Source: Macrostomum hystrix (lineage: Eukaryota > Animalia > Platyhelminthes). Taken from it: 64,000 nt of DNA. The position numbers and the translations under genes were made by a program. Shown here one piece after another: positions 27,591-37,704 of the stretch. Under the pieces are notes generated by a model. The model was not told the origin of the DNA and made no database searches. It saw only the letters and a list, made by a program, of their open reading frames with translations. Numbering within the stretch: position 1 is the stretch's first letter; each line of letters begins with the position of its first letter. The DNA lies in assembly GCA_950097015.1 (NCBI GenBank), contig CATNEN010000003.1, positions 14,694,001-14,758,000 on the forward strand, read 5' to 3'.

Positions 27591-28376
27591 TTATAATATT
27601 CGTTTTGATTAGACTCGGTTAATTTTTTGAACCAACAAAATAGGGTCCAAATAAAATAGTCTTACTATTTTCAAAGTACAGTGAATGCTGTTGTTCTTTA
27701 ATTATCAACTTGCCACAATCGGCTAATTGTCATCGCTAGTGGACTAACTCTCATGTGTGTGCACAGAGGTGGTGTGAGATAAATAGCGTTTTTAAATAAC
27801 TATTGGAAACGTTTAGAGAAGTATGTAACAAGCTTTGGACTCTAAAAAATGAGTATGGAGACAGAGGAACAGTTACTCACGCTGTTATTCTCAATCTCAT
27901 CGCCATGCTAGAGCTAGTTACTATATTATTATAGCATCTCATCTAGCTCACATACACACGCATACGCATGCAGACAGAGCTGGAAAACGAGTCCATAGCA
28001 ACGAGTTTCCTATTGGCTCGTTAACTAGAGAGACGGGGCGATTTTTAGGCAAGAATTTGGCAACGACCATTAAAAAAACTTATAAGCTACAGCCAGCCAT
28101 TCATTTTAAGTCTGTATTTTATTCTCTCAAATCTCTTTAGCCAACAGAGCTCACAACTGTTCTGTCTCTCTGTCCCTCGCGCCCTCTCACTCTACTCATT
28201 TAATATCGCTCTGCCTCTGGCCAAACGCTATATTATCATAATTTTTATTTGCTATATAGGGCTAGCTAAGTTTTGGCCTTCTACATCTGATATTAAGATT
28301 TCGATGTTTCTTAAAGAACACATCCTCTTTCTTAGAAAAGTTAGATTTTCTCCCCATTGTTAAGTTGGTAAGCAAC

Positions 28377-31300
28377 ATGCCATCAACTGGCGAATTAGCC
28401 GACGCTTTCTTAGAAATAGCGCGCGAATTCAAATCTTTGCAACAGTCCCAGCCGGCCGATCGGTTGAGCAAAAAAGATATTGAAGAATTGTCAGCTCGAC
28501 TTGATGCATTGAAAAGCAGTTTGTCAGAATGTTTGTCAGAAATTGACAATCAGAGGCTAGCTAGCCTAAACGCTGCCGGTAGTGCTCACGATTTTTACAA
28601 ATCACTCGGCGACGCTATTGGAGAGGACTCAGCTCTGGTGCGACGTCGAGATGGTAAGTTTACTTTTGGATTAGAAATATTATAAATCATATTATTAAAA
28701 AAATATTAATAGTGTACACAAATAACTGATTACACCTGCCTTGATCGAGGTTGATTCGTTTAAAAGTGTTTAGTTTAATCGGGAATCGAACCTCTGATCT
28801 TCAATTCGTGTGTCCTTCGAGCTTTGAAAGTTCGAATGGAATGTATGGGAAATGCTAGGAGGGTGATGGAAGATCGGTTAACATGTCTGCCTCTCTCACC
28901 AAGGTCCCTGAGCTCGATTACTCCGTGAGGCCACATTCTTTTGGGCCGCAGCCGCGGAGAGAAGGCTTGGGGGCTTGTCGTGCAGTTTTCGCCCTTGAGG
29001 GCCAATCTTCAAGGTACAGGGAAACTGTACACTGCCTGACGATGAGAAAGTCAGGGCAGATGTACACACCTGTGTGAGCGTGTACCTACGTACGGTATCT
29101 GTGTACGTGTGTGCTCAGGAGTTCACTACAAGTAACTACAAATAAATGTGGCCTCGCCGCGGAATCGAGCTCAGCACCTTTGTTGCGAGAGGCAAACGCG
29201 CTAGATCGCTCTCTGCCACTCGATCCTCCCCAATGCTACCTGTGTGTTGGAGTTGTCTTACTGGAGTACAAATAGTACCAGCGCTTTGATGTGCAAACAT
29301 CACGGATAGGTCAGGGATAATCCTACAAAGGGATGTGGACTTATACGTAAGGAAAAATGCACTGAATGCCTAGAGATTAAACTTGTTCGATCTGAGCAGG
29401 GAGTTTGAGTAGGAGAGAGGGGAGAGCGATGGATGGTAGAGCAAAGAATTTGGTTGCCAAGGGGTAGACGGGGCGAATCCGTTTAGCCTAGCAACGGACT
29501 GGAGAATGGGAGAAATTGAGGATTTGGGCGCGAAACGAGAGCTTGCTTACCCGCCCATCCAAATTCTTCAACCAAATGCTGCAGGGCCAAAGAAGAAAAT
29601 ATGTTGCTGAGGGGGGGCTAAAAGTACATTCCCTAGTCAGCAACTGATGACACATTGTGATCGATGGCTCAATGCCAAGTATCACCAACTTTTCTAATTC
29701 CAAATTTCCAATATTGAGACTTTAAAAGAAAATAGTAGGTTAGAAAAGCTAGAAAACAATCAATTATAGATGACAAGAGAGATTCAGAAAGAGATATTGA
29801 TAAAGAAACATTGACGAAGAGAGATTGATAAAGAAAAATTGAAAAAGAGAGGTTGATAAAGAGAGATTGATAAAGACGGATGGTAAAGAGAGAAAGAGAG
29901 ATAAATAAAGAAAGATAAAGTAAGAGAGATTAACAAGGATACATTGATAAAGAGAGATTGATAAAGAGAGATGGGTAAAGCTAGATTGAGTTTGTGAAAT
30001 CACAGCATACTCACTTTGCTGAAATCAACAGACGAACTGAGCGCCATAAATGATCCCAGCGAGCTGACAGATCGCGCCGCTCAGCAGGAAGACGAGAATT
30101 CCGAGGTGTCCAAAGGACTCCAGTTGAAGACAGTAGCGGCTGAAGTGGCCAACCAGTTCAAGCAGTTGGAGATCGCTCTGAAGGAGAGCGCTGTCAACTG
30201 TGCCAAAGCCAGGGCGAGGGCTGTCACTCTTAGAGAAGAGGTAAGTAGACTCAAAGTAGACTCAAAGTAGACTCAAAACCGAACTCAAAGTAGACTGAAA
30301 ACTGAACTCAAACTAGACTCGAAACTGAACTCAAAACTGAACTCGAAGTAGACTCAAAACTGAAGTTAAACTCGACTCAAAACCGAACTCAAACTAGACT
30401 CAAAGTAGACTCAGAACTGAACTCAAACTAGACTCTAAACTGAACTCAAAACTGAACTCGAAGTAGACTCTAAACTGAACTTAAACTCGACTCAAAGTTG
30501 AACTCAAAGTAGACTGAAAACTGAACTCAAACTTGACTCAAAACTGAGCTCAAAGTGTACTCAAAACTGAACTTGACTCACTTTGAGACTTGACTCAAAA
30601 CTGAGCTCAAAGTATACTCAAAACTGAACTTGACTCACTTTGAGACTTGACTCAAAACTCAAGACCCAAAATGCAATTAATTAAAACAAAATGAAACAAT
30701 GGCTCAAACGCGACTCGAATCCTCAGTTGGATGAAGCCAAACGCCGAGAAGAGGAGCGCAAGAAGCGGGAGGCCGAAGAAGCCGAAAGGCGTCGTCAGGA
30801 AGAGCTTCGAAAGCGTCAAGCCGCTGAGGCGGCCGCTGCAGCCGCCGAAGCTGAACGTCGGCGACGTCGCGAGCAGGAGGCCGAGGAGGACGCCAACGGC
30901 GGTAGGAAGTCGGCGACGTCGAGGCGTCGGGCTCGATCTCGGGCCGAAGCCGAATCGCGACGCCGACGCGAAGCTGAGGAGGCGGCCGCGGCGGCTGCCG
31001 CCGAAGAAGCGGAACGACGCTGGCGACCGGTGGTCTTCCCGCTATCGTCGTCGGGCTCAACGGACGATGATCCGGCATCGACGATGGCCGATTTCGAATA
31101 CGCCTGCGCGATTCGAGCTCCGGACGGCGCGGTGAAAGTTGACGATTTCAGATGCAGCCTGTTGCCCTTGGATCAGGCGGACACAGGTTCGATTCCGCCC
31201 GGAGAAGAGCTCGTCGGCTGCGTGATTCGATTCGAACCGGCGGGATTGGCGAAGGTGCCCCTGACGACAGGAGGGCGAGACGGTCGCCGGCATTGGTACT

Positions 31301-34300
31301 TCATGCTGCCCCACTGCGCCCAGAGACAAACTGCCAGAGAGACTGTCATCTACGTGAGCACTGCTCGCCTTATTTAACAGCTCTTTTGGTGCTTCAGTGA
31401 ACACTGGCCCGCGTACTGCTGTCAATCCTATTGGCCCTTAGTCACCTACAAACTATCTTCCGATCGTGTCTCATCTCTCCCGTGTCTCATCTCTCCCGTG
31501 TTTTATCTCTCATGTGTCTCATCTCTCCCCTGTCTCATCTCTCCCGTGTCTCATCTCTCCCCGCGTCTCATCTCTCCCTCGTCTCATCTCTCCCTCGTCT
31601 CATCTCTCCCCTGTCTGACCTATCCCGTTCCCCATCACTATTTAGAAGAGATTTATGGCAACACCGGTCAGGTCTCATAGCGTCAGTGCCCTCAAACGCC
31701 TCTCAATAAAAGGTCTACCAAGACGGCCGCTGGTCCGAATGCCCATCGGTCGAGACGCACATTGACGGCCTGGAGTTTCAGACGCGGTGGGTTGAGACTC
31801 GAATCACTGAGGCCTGCGTTACAGCCGTAGCGGTGAACAAGCTGAAGACAGACAGGTTCACGGTAGGCAAACCCGGCATTCGCTACTGCAGCTCAGTTGA
31901 CAGCCGAATCTGTCTCACTGTGCCCGAGGACGCGTTGAAGATTCAACTAGACCAGTCGCTGGAGGTGCAACCAATTGATTCCAATACCCTGGCTAATATG
32001 AAGGCTCAGCTGCCGAAGGAGACTCACGGATTGCTCACTTGCAGCTCCATCATTCAGCATAGTGAGCTGTTCCTAGCCGTTTTTAATGCCTAAAAAATCA
32101 CCTATCCCTCATATCCGAAATCAAACAACCAAAGTACTCAATGTACTCAGAGCCAACCAATCAAAACCCTCCAACCTCTTATCAGAATCAGCCAATAGAA
32201 ACCTGTCAACCTGCAATCAGAGCCAACCAATCAAAACCCTTCAACCTCCTATCAGAATCAGCCAATAGAAACCTCTCGACCTGCAATCAGAGCCAACCAA
32301 TCAAAACCCTTCAACCTCTTATCAGAATCAGCCAGTCAGAACCTCCTTATCTCCAATCAGAATCAACCAATTAAAAGCTCTTAACCTGTATTCCTGCACT
32401 TCGCCCTATCTTACCTGCAGCCTCCCTGTGCAAGAACACGCTACGTCCGGCCACATTCAATTTTCCTCTGCCGCTGAACCCTGCCGGGGCCAAGAAGCCT
32501 CGTCCGGGCACCGCTTCGGCTGGAAGTCGTCCAAACGGTGAGTCGCCTGCGTCAACTGGGGCACCTTCCGGTCGACCAATGACGGCTAAGCCGAAGGCAT
32601 CGTCCGGAGAAGATGACGACGAAGAGCTGGTCGTGATCTTTGGCTGCGAAGGTCACCGAGCCGGAGGTGGCAGTAGCGTCTGTTGGACCGTGTTGGATAG
32701 TCTCGAAATTGAGGAAGAACCCGGAAAAGATATCGTGTCCTTTAGAACCGCCAGGTTCTACGACAGGCGGTGAGTGATTCGTTGGATTTACATTAGTGCT
32801 CCCTCTTTCTTCAGACCTCAACCCCTACCCTCAGATCAGAGCCCACTCTTCACACCTCAACCTCAACGCCAGATCAGAGCCCACTCTTCACACCTCTAAC
32901 CCTACCCCAGTTCAGAGCTCACTTTTCACACCTCAACACCTACCCCAGTTCAGAGCCCACTCTTCACATCTCAACCCCTACCCCAGTTCAGAGCCAACTC
33001 TTCACACTTCAACCCCTACCCGATATCAGAGCCCACACTTCACACCTCAACCCCTAGACGATATCAGGGCCAACTCTTCACACTTCAACCCCTACCCGAT
33101 ATCAGAGCCCACACTTCACACCTCAACCCCTACCCGATATCAGAGCCCACACTTCACACCTCAACCCCTAGACGATATCAGAGCCCAGTCTTGACACCTC
33201 AACCTCTATCCAGATTAGAACCCACTCTTCACACCTCAAAACCTACTCAATATCAGAGCCAACTCTACACACCTCAACGCCTATCACCCAGATAAGAGTC
33301 ACACAACCCATACCCTAGATATCAAAGAAATTTTCAAACCTCAACCTCTACCTCAGATTAGAGCCCACTCTTCACACCTTAACCCTGACCCCCAAAGTAA
33401 CGAATTGACTTAACAAGCCATACTGAACGACAAAAAACTCTCCCTTCCCGTTGTGCAGTTTCATTGCCTTCCGAGTGAAGCCAGACTTCAACACTGACAC
33501 GGCTCATCGAATTTGTGAAGCTATTGAAAAGAGTCTGGAAGAAAAATTGGCCTGCTTTGTAATTCGACAGAAATCCGAGAATCTAACTGAGGTTTGTTAA
33601 CTGGCTTATAGTTTATTTTTTAGCAGGAAAGGCAAAAGATGTTGCTGCTCTTAATACTGCTTTTAAATGTGTGTCCAGGTGTCGTTGGCTCTGTCAGCCA
33701 CGAGTCGTTTGGACAGAACACTGAAACTGCTCCAAGAATCTGGCTACGACTACGACAGTGCCACTGGTGGCCTCGGCGGCGGCGCTGGCGCTGGGGGTAT
33801 CAGCGACGACATTCGGGTTCGGGAGCGTCAACCGTTTCGTCTGCGATTTCGCGGAAATATTGTCGGCGAAGAAGACGACCCGGATGCACCGTCTGAGTTC
33901 GTGCTGCACTTCAATTCGCAGATGAAAAATCGACTGCAATTAACGTGAGTACTTTAACAGTAGGACTCCAAGCCATTTTGCCACCCGTTTTTATACAATT
34001 TTTGGTAGTCTGTGCCTGCACGAATGCTAACAGCGTTAGGTGGTGACTCACAGACTAGGCGATGGTGTCCTGTGTGGTTGAGCTGCGCCAAATGTTTAGT
34101 CTTGAGCAGTGAATTTAGAAAAATTCGCGTCAGGATGTCCATAATGGCCTAGTTTCACCTGTTGTGGCTCTTCAAGGTCCAGCAGTCCGTCCAGATAAAG
34201 GTAGGTGACCACCGAAGACGGAGATGATGCAGGCACATTCGGGTGACATGCTGATAAATTTTGAAGGCCAGGCAAGGCCGCACTGAGGCGTGAATAGGGG

Positions 34301-35665
34301 TGTATGAAAGACCCTAGCGCTTAAGGGAAAAATCCGACCTTCGGCCAGAACCATTGAATATCTCGACGGTCTGAAGAGCTGGCGACTTGATTATTGTTTC
34401 AGAAGATGCTCTCTAAAAAGTTGGCCCGTGTTCTTGAGTTTCGTGTGCTTAGAGTGCTCCGTTCGGGTGAAATAGTTGTCAGGGGTGAATCTCTCCCTTG
34501 TAGTTCTGTTTATAAACTCTTCTCCCTATTAGGCTACTTTCAGTAGCATAGTTAGAATCAGTGCGTAATTTTTCTCGATTTTCGCCTAAAATCTTTTTAG
34601 CGTTACGGAACGCGATCGATTCGCACAGAGAGCGCTGGATCAATTCCGCGGCTTCCTGGAGGTCAGCACGATGATGCCAGTGCAGAAGCCGTTGAAAGAT
34701 GCCAAGAAGGGCAGCGGCCAGCAGACAATCACGGTCATGGAGGAGGTGGTGGTTGCTAAGATGCTAATATGTGTGCCAAAGTCGGAGGAAGACTTGCGAG
34801 TGAAGTCGCCAAGATCGACTACGTTTTATTTTAAGTCTAATGGTGAGAAATCGCGTCTGAGGAAGGGAGAGGGAGAGAGTAGAGAGAGGAGGGTGAGGAG
34901 TAGGGTGAGTAGGGTGAATAGTAGGGTGAGGAGGGTGAATAGTAGGGTGAGGACGGTGGGGAGTAGGGAGAGTATGGTAAATAGTAGGGAGAGTAGGGTG
35001 GGGAGTAGGGAGAGTAGGGTGAGGTGTCGGTTGAGAAGGGTGAAGAGTAGGGAGATGAGGCTGAGGAGTTGGGGGAGAGTTGGTATCTGCGGAGAGATAT
35101 ATTTTGGATCTGTACTACCTTCAGCATGTATTGAAAAGGTCAATTAACTCGAAAAACACATAATTTTTATTTCAACACCAAATTAAAGATGCCGTTACCA
35201 TGGACTATCTTCAAGACCTATCCGAGCAAGTGAGCTTCAACTGGGAGGCGTTGGCTGAGAAATTGGACGTTTCTAAGAAACGCTGTTCGGTGATTAAAAA
35301 GGCCAGCGACTCGTCGGAGACTCAAGCTTATGACATGCTGATCACATGGGTTAAAAGAATGCCAGTGTCGAAGAGTAAGGTAAGCTAATAAATAGTTTTG
35401 TTGTTTGTTTCATTAAGCTTTGCTGTCGTATCGAGGACAGGTTGAAGTTATAACATATATTCACTACTTCAGTTGTCCATGTGTCTTAAATTTTTTTTAA
35501 TTTGTTTGAATCGTTTGCACGCAGGTGTTGGTCCTTTGCCGGGCGTTGAATTCCTCCGGTCAAACACACCTGGCCGTCCGACTTCGCGACGCCGAAAGAC
35601 AGCGACGCGGCCTTCAGCAACCGGATTCAGGCGAAGGAAATGGCGTCGATAACAACTCAGATTAA
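28377..35665 (+). CDS. Death-domain protein, DTHD1-like, paralogue B (~927 aa, 10 exons)
   Basis: join(28377..28653,30032..30240,30727..31353,31713..32061,32421..32769,33459..33591,33679..33944,34601..34842,35189..35379,35525..35665). All 9 introns match gene A in position and phase. Shared motifs: CAIRAP, LPHxA..RETV, DSRIxL, IRVRERQ...GNI and DAVxMDYL...NWxALAxxLxVSxxRCSVI. Confidence 0.85.
28862..29120 (+). mobile_element. tRNA-derived SINE family 1, near full-length copy
   Basis: tRNA-like head, a body shared with the other copies, and a TG-rich tail ending gtgtgctcagga. Confidence 0.8.
29146..29212 (-). mobile_element. SINE family 1 head, inverted relative to the adjacent copy
   Basis: aatgtggcctcgccgcggaatcgagctcag...gcgagaggcaaacgcg. 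Confidence 0.75.
30243..30662. repeat. Degenerate 11-12-bp repeat (aagtagactca / actcaaaactga), gene B intron 2
   Basis: Starts within the GTAAGT donor. Confidence 0.85.
32148..33390. repeat. Degenerate arrays in gene B intron 4 (~69-bp, 32148-32372) and intron 5 (~38-bp, 32810-33390)
   Basis: Units based on cagagccaaccaatcaaaaccc... and cagagcccactcttcacacctcaacccctac.... The exon 32421-32769 lies between the two arrays. Confidence 0.8.
33955..34490 (+). mobile_element. ~0.53 kb unclassified interspersed repeat, copy 2, in gene B intron 7
   Basis: Homologous to the reverse complement of 10915-11462. Begins ttaaCAGTAGGACT. Confidence 0.8.
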
Positions 35666-36222
35666 CAAACGATAATTAATTAATTAACTTGATAAAAATT
35701 AAGGTAGTTTTCTTTTATTCGTTGTTTTTTGGACTACAGTGAATAAAAAAATAAGAGTTTTTTTAGAAAATTATGCAGATTTTATATTTTCTTTAAACGC
35801 CATTCTTTATTTTATTTATTTAATTTTTGGATTGAGACTATCATTTTGCTATGATCCGTTTCAAAATTAGTTTTTTTAACTTAAAACATTTAGATGTGGT
35901 TGTTTTAACGAGTATTTCTAGTTTACCGTTAATTTATATAACTTTAGCTGTTTATTTTTCTATGAATGCCAGCTACAATAATTAACTTTACGCTTTTGTT
36001 TTTTGTTTTTATTGTTTCAAATTTTCTGGTTATTAATAGTATTCTGTTCTTTAAATGTAATGTAGTTGCGCAAAAGTACATGTGAACGAAATCGACTTTA
36101 GCTTTTTATGTAATAAAAACGAGCGTTCCTACTGAAACAAAAAATATACACATATGAGCTAAATTGAAACAGACTGCCTAATTAAACCTAATTGAAAACC
36201 TAAGAATGAATTATTTATCATT

Positions 36223-36290
36223 TGCGGGCCGGATTTGGGAGCTTCAAGGGCCGCATCTGGCCAGCGGGCCGGAGTTTGCCGACGGCCCTG
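36223..36290. mobile_element. hAT-Charlie-like transposon terminus (solo end)
   Basis: GGGCCG subterminal motifs ending GTTTGCCGACGGCCCTG, followed by CTCTACGC, which resembles the Charlie NTCTAGAN target. Confidence 0.6.
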
Positions 36291-37700
36291 CTCTACGCTG
36301 ATGACACCTCAATGGTCGCCAACCGCCGCAAGCTCGCGTCACCCTAGACTACTTGGCGTCACCCTAGACTACTTGGCGTCACCCTAGACTACTTGGCGTC
36401 ACCCTAGACTACTTGGCGTCTCCCTAGACTACTTGGCGTCTCCCTAGACTACTTGGCGTCACCCTAGACTACTTGGCGTCACCCTAGACTACTTGGCGTC
36501 ACCCTAGACTACTTGGCGTCACCCTAGACTACTTGGCGTCACCCTAGACTACTTGGCGTCACCCTAGACTACTTGGCGTCACCCTAGACTACTTGGCGTC
36601 ACCCTAGACTACTTGGCGTCACCCTAGACTACTTGGCGTCACCCTAGACTACTTGGCGTCACCCTAGACTACTTGGCGTCACCCTAGACTACTTGGCGTC
36701 ACCCTAGACTACTTGGCGTCACCCTAGACTACTTGGCGTCACCCTAGACTACTTGGCGTCACCCTAGACTACTTGGCGTCACCCTAGACTACTACCAGCT
36801 CACTTTCAACCAGCACGGTGCCGAGATCAAGGCCAGAATGGTGCACCGCTGCGGCGCTCTTCAAGCGATCGCCCACCGCAGCACTGAAGCGGGTTAAGCG
36901 GTCCTTCGCGCCGCCTATCTGGCCACAGAAGCGGGGTCAGGACTAACGGTTTGTCTCCTTCGTCTATCGGATGATCGAAACGCGAAAAACCATCTGCGCT
37001 CGTACCATTATGGGCTGCTGTACGTAGCATCACCCCCGAACAGCACCATCCTGCGCTTGGCCTAGCTCCCGCCGATGAGCACCGTCGCTTTGGATCGTGC
37101 AGCCCTTCTCAGGGAGCGCATCCTCCGTCTCCCGGCCGACTGGCCAGCCGTTGACTTCGACGCTGTCGGCTGGACCAACGGCTCCTTCGCGGAAGGCACA
37201 AACAACGCGGTGGGGGCGCGGTAGTCATATGCTGCATTGGCACCGACTCCGTCCACAGAGCTTCCAAGCAGAGATGATGGCCAGGCTGCTCGCGCTCAAC
37301 GCCCCTATCAGCGACGCCCGGGTCAGCAATACACAGTATCACCATCCTAACTGGCAGCCTCAGAGACGCTGGCAGGCGGTCCGTCTATACCTCGCCTGAT
37401 GGAAATGCATCATTGACTGTCAGAGATCATCTGCATCGGCTGGGTCCCGGACAAGCCAACATCCAAGGCAACGGCGCAGCTGACGCCGCCGGGGCCAAAG
37501 CTGCCATCCTCCCTCAGAGCGACGCGCCGATCTAGCGCCGACCAACCAAGAACCAACGACGACCGACCGACCAACCACCAACGAAGAGCCCACGGCGATA
37601 TTCGCAGATCTTCGTTGACGTTAGATACCATACAACCGAGGCAGACGATCTCCTAGTTTATCAATTCACTTCAATAGGCTAGGGAGCACGCTGTGTTCTG
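36291..37700 (+). mobile_element. Decayed LINE (RT + RNase H; Ingi/I/Nimb-like)
   Basis: Collinear frameshifted motifs LYADDT, LGVTLDY.QLTFNQH..EIKARM, VLRAAYLAT and CARTIMGC, then RNase H motifs WTNGS.AEGT, QSFQAEMMA and IGWVP...NIQGNGAADAA. Confidence 0.8.
36336..36793. repeat. 20-bp minisatellite (~23 copies) inside the LINE RT
   Basis: Unit cttggcgtcaccctagacta. Confidence 0.97.
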
Positions 37701-37704
37701 TGGA

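Noticed and set aside
17643-32769. PIDD-type autoproteolytic ZU5 proteins
   Set aside because: No HFS motifs at the equivalent positions (ETRFS / ETRIT) and no LRRs. DTHD1-like fits better.
33945-34600. Introner (intron-creating) element
   Set aside because: The paralogue has the same intron without the element, and the splice sites lie outside the shared sequence.
29644-36320. Other CTGANGA hammerhead cores (29644, ~34371, 36298)
   Set aside because: None has a correctly placed GAAA. The 36298 match is the YADD codons of the LINE.
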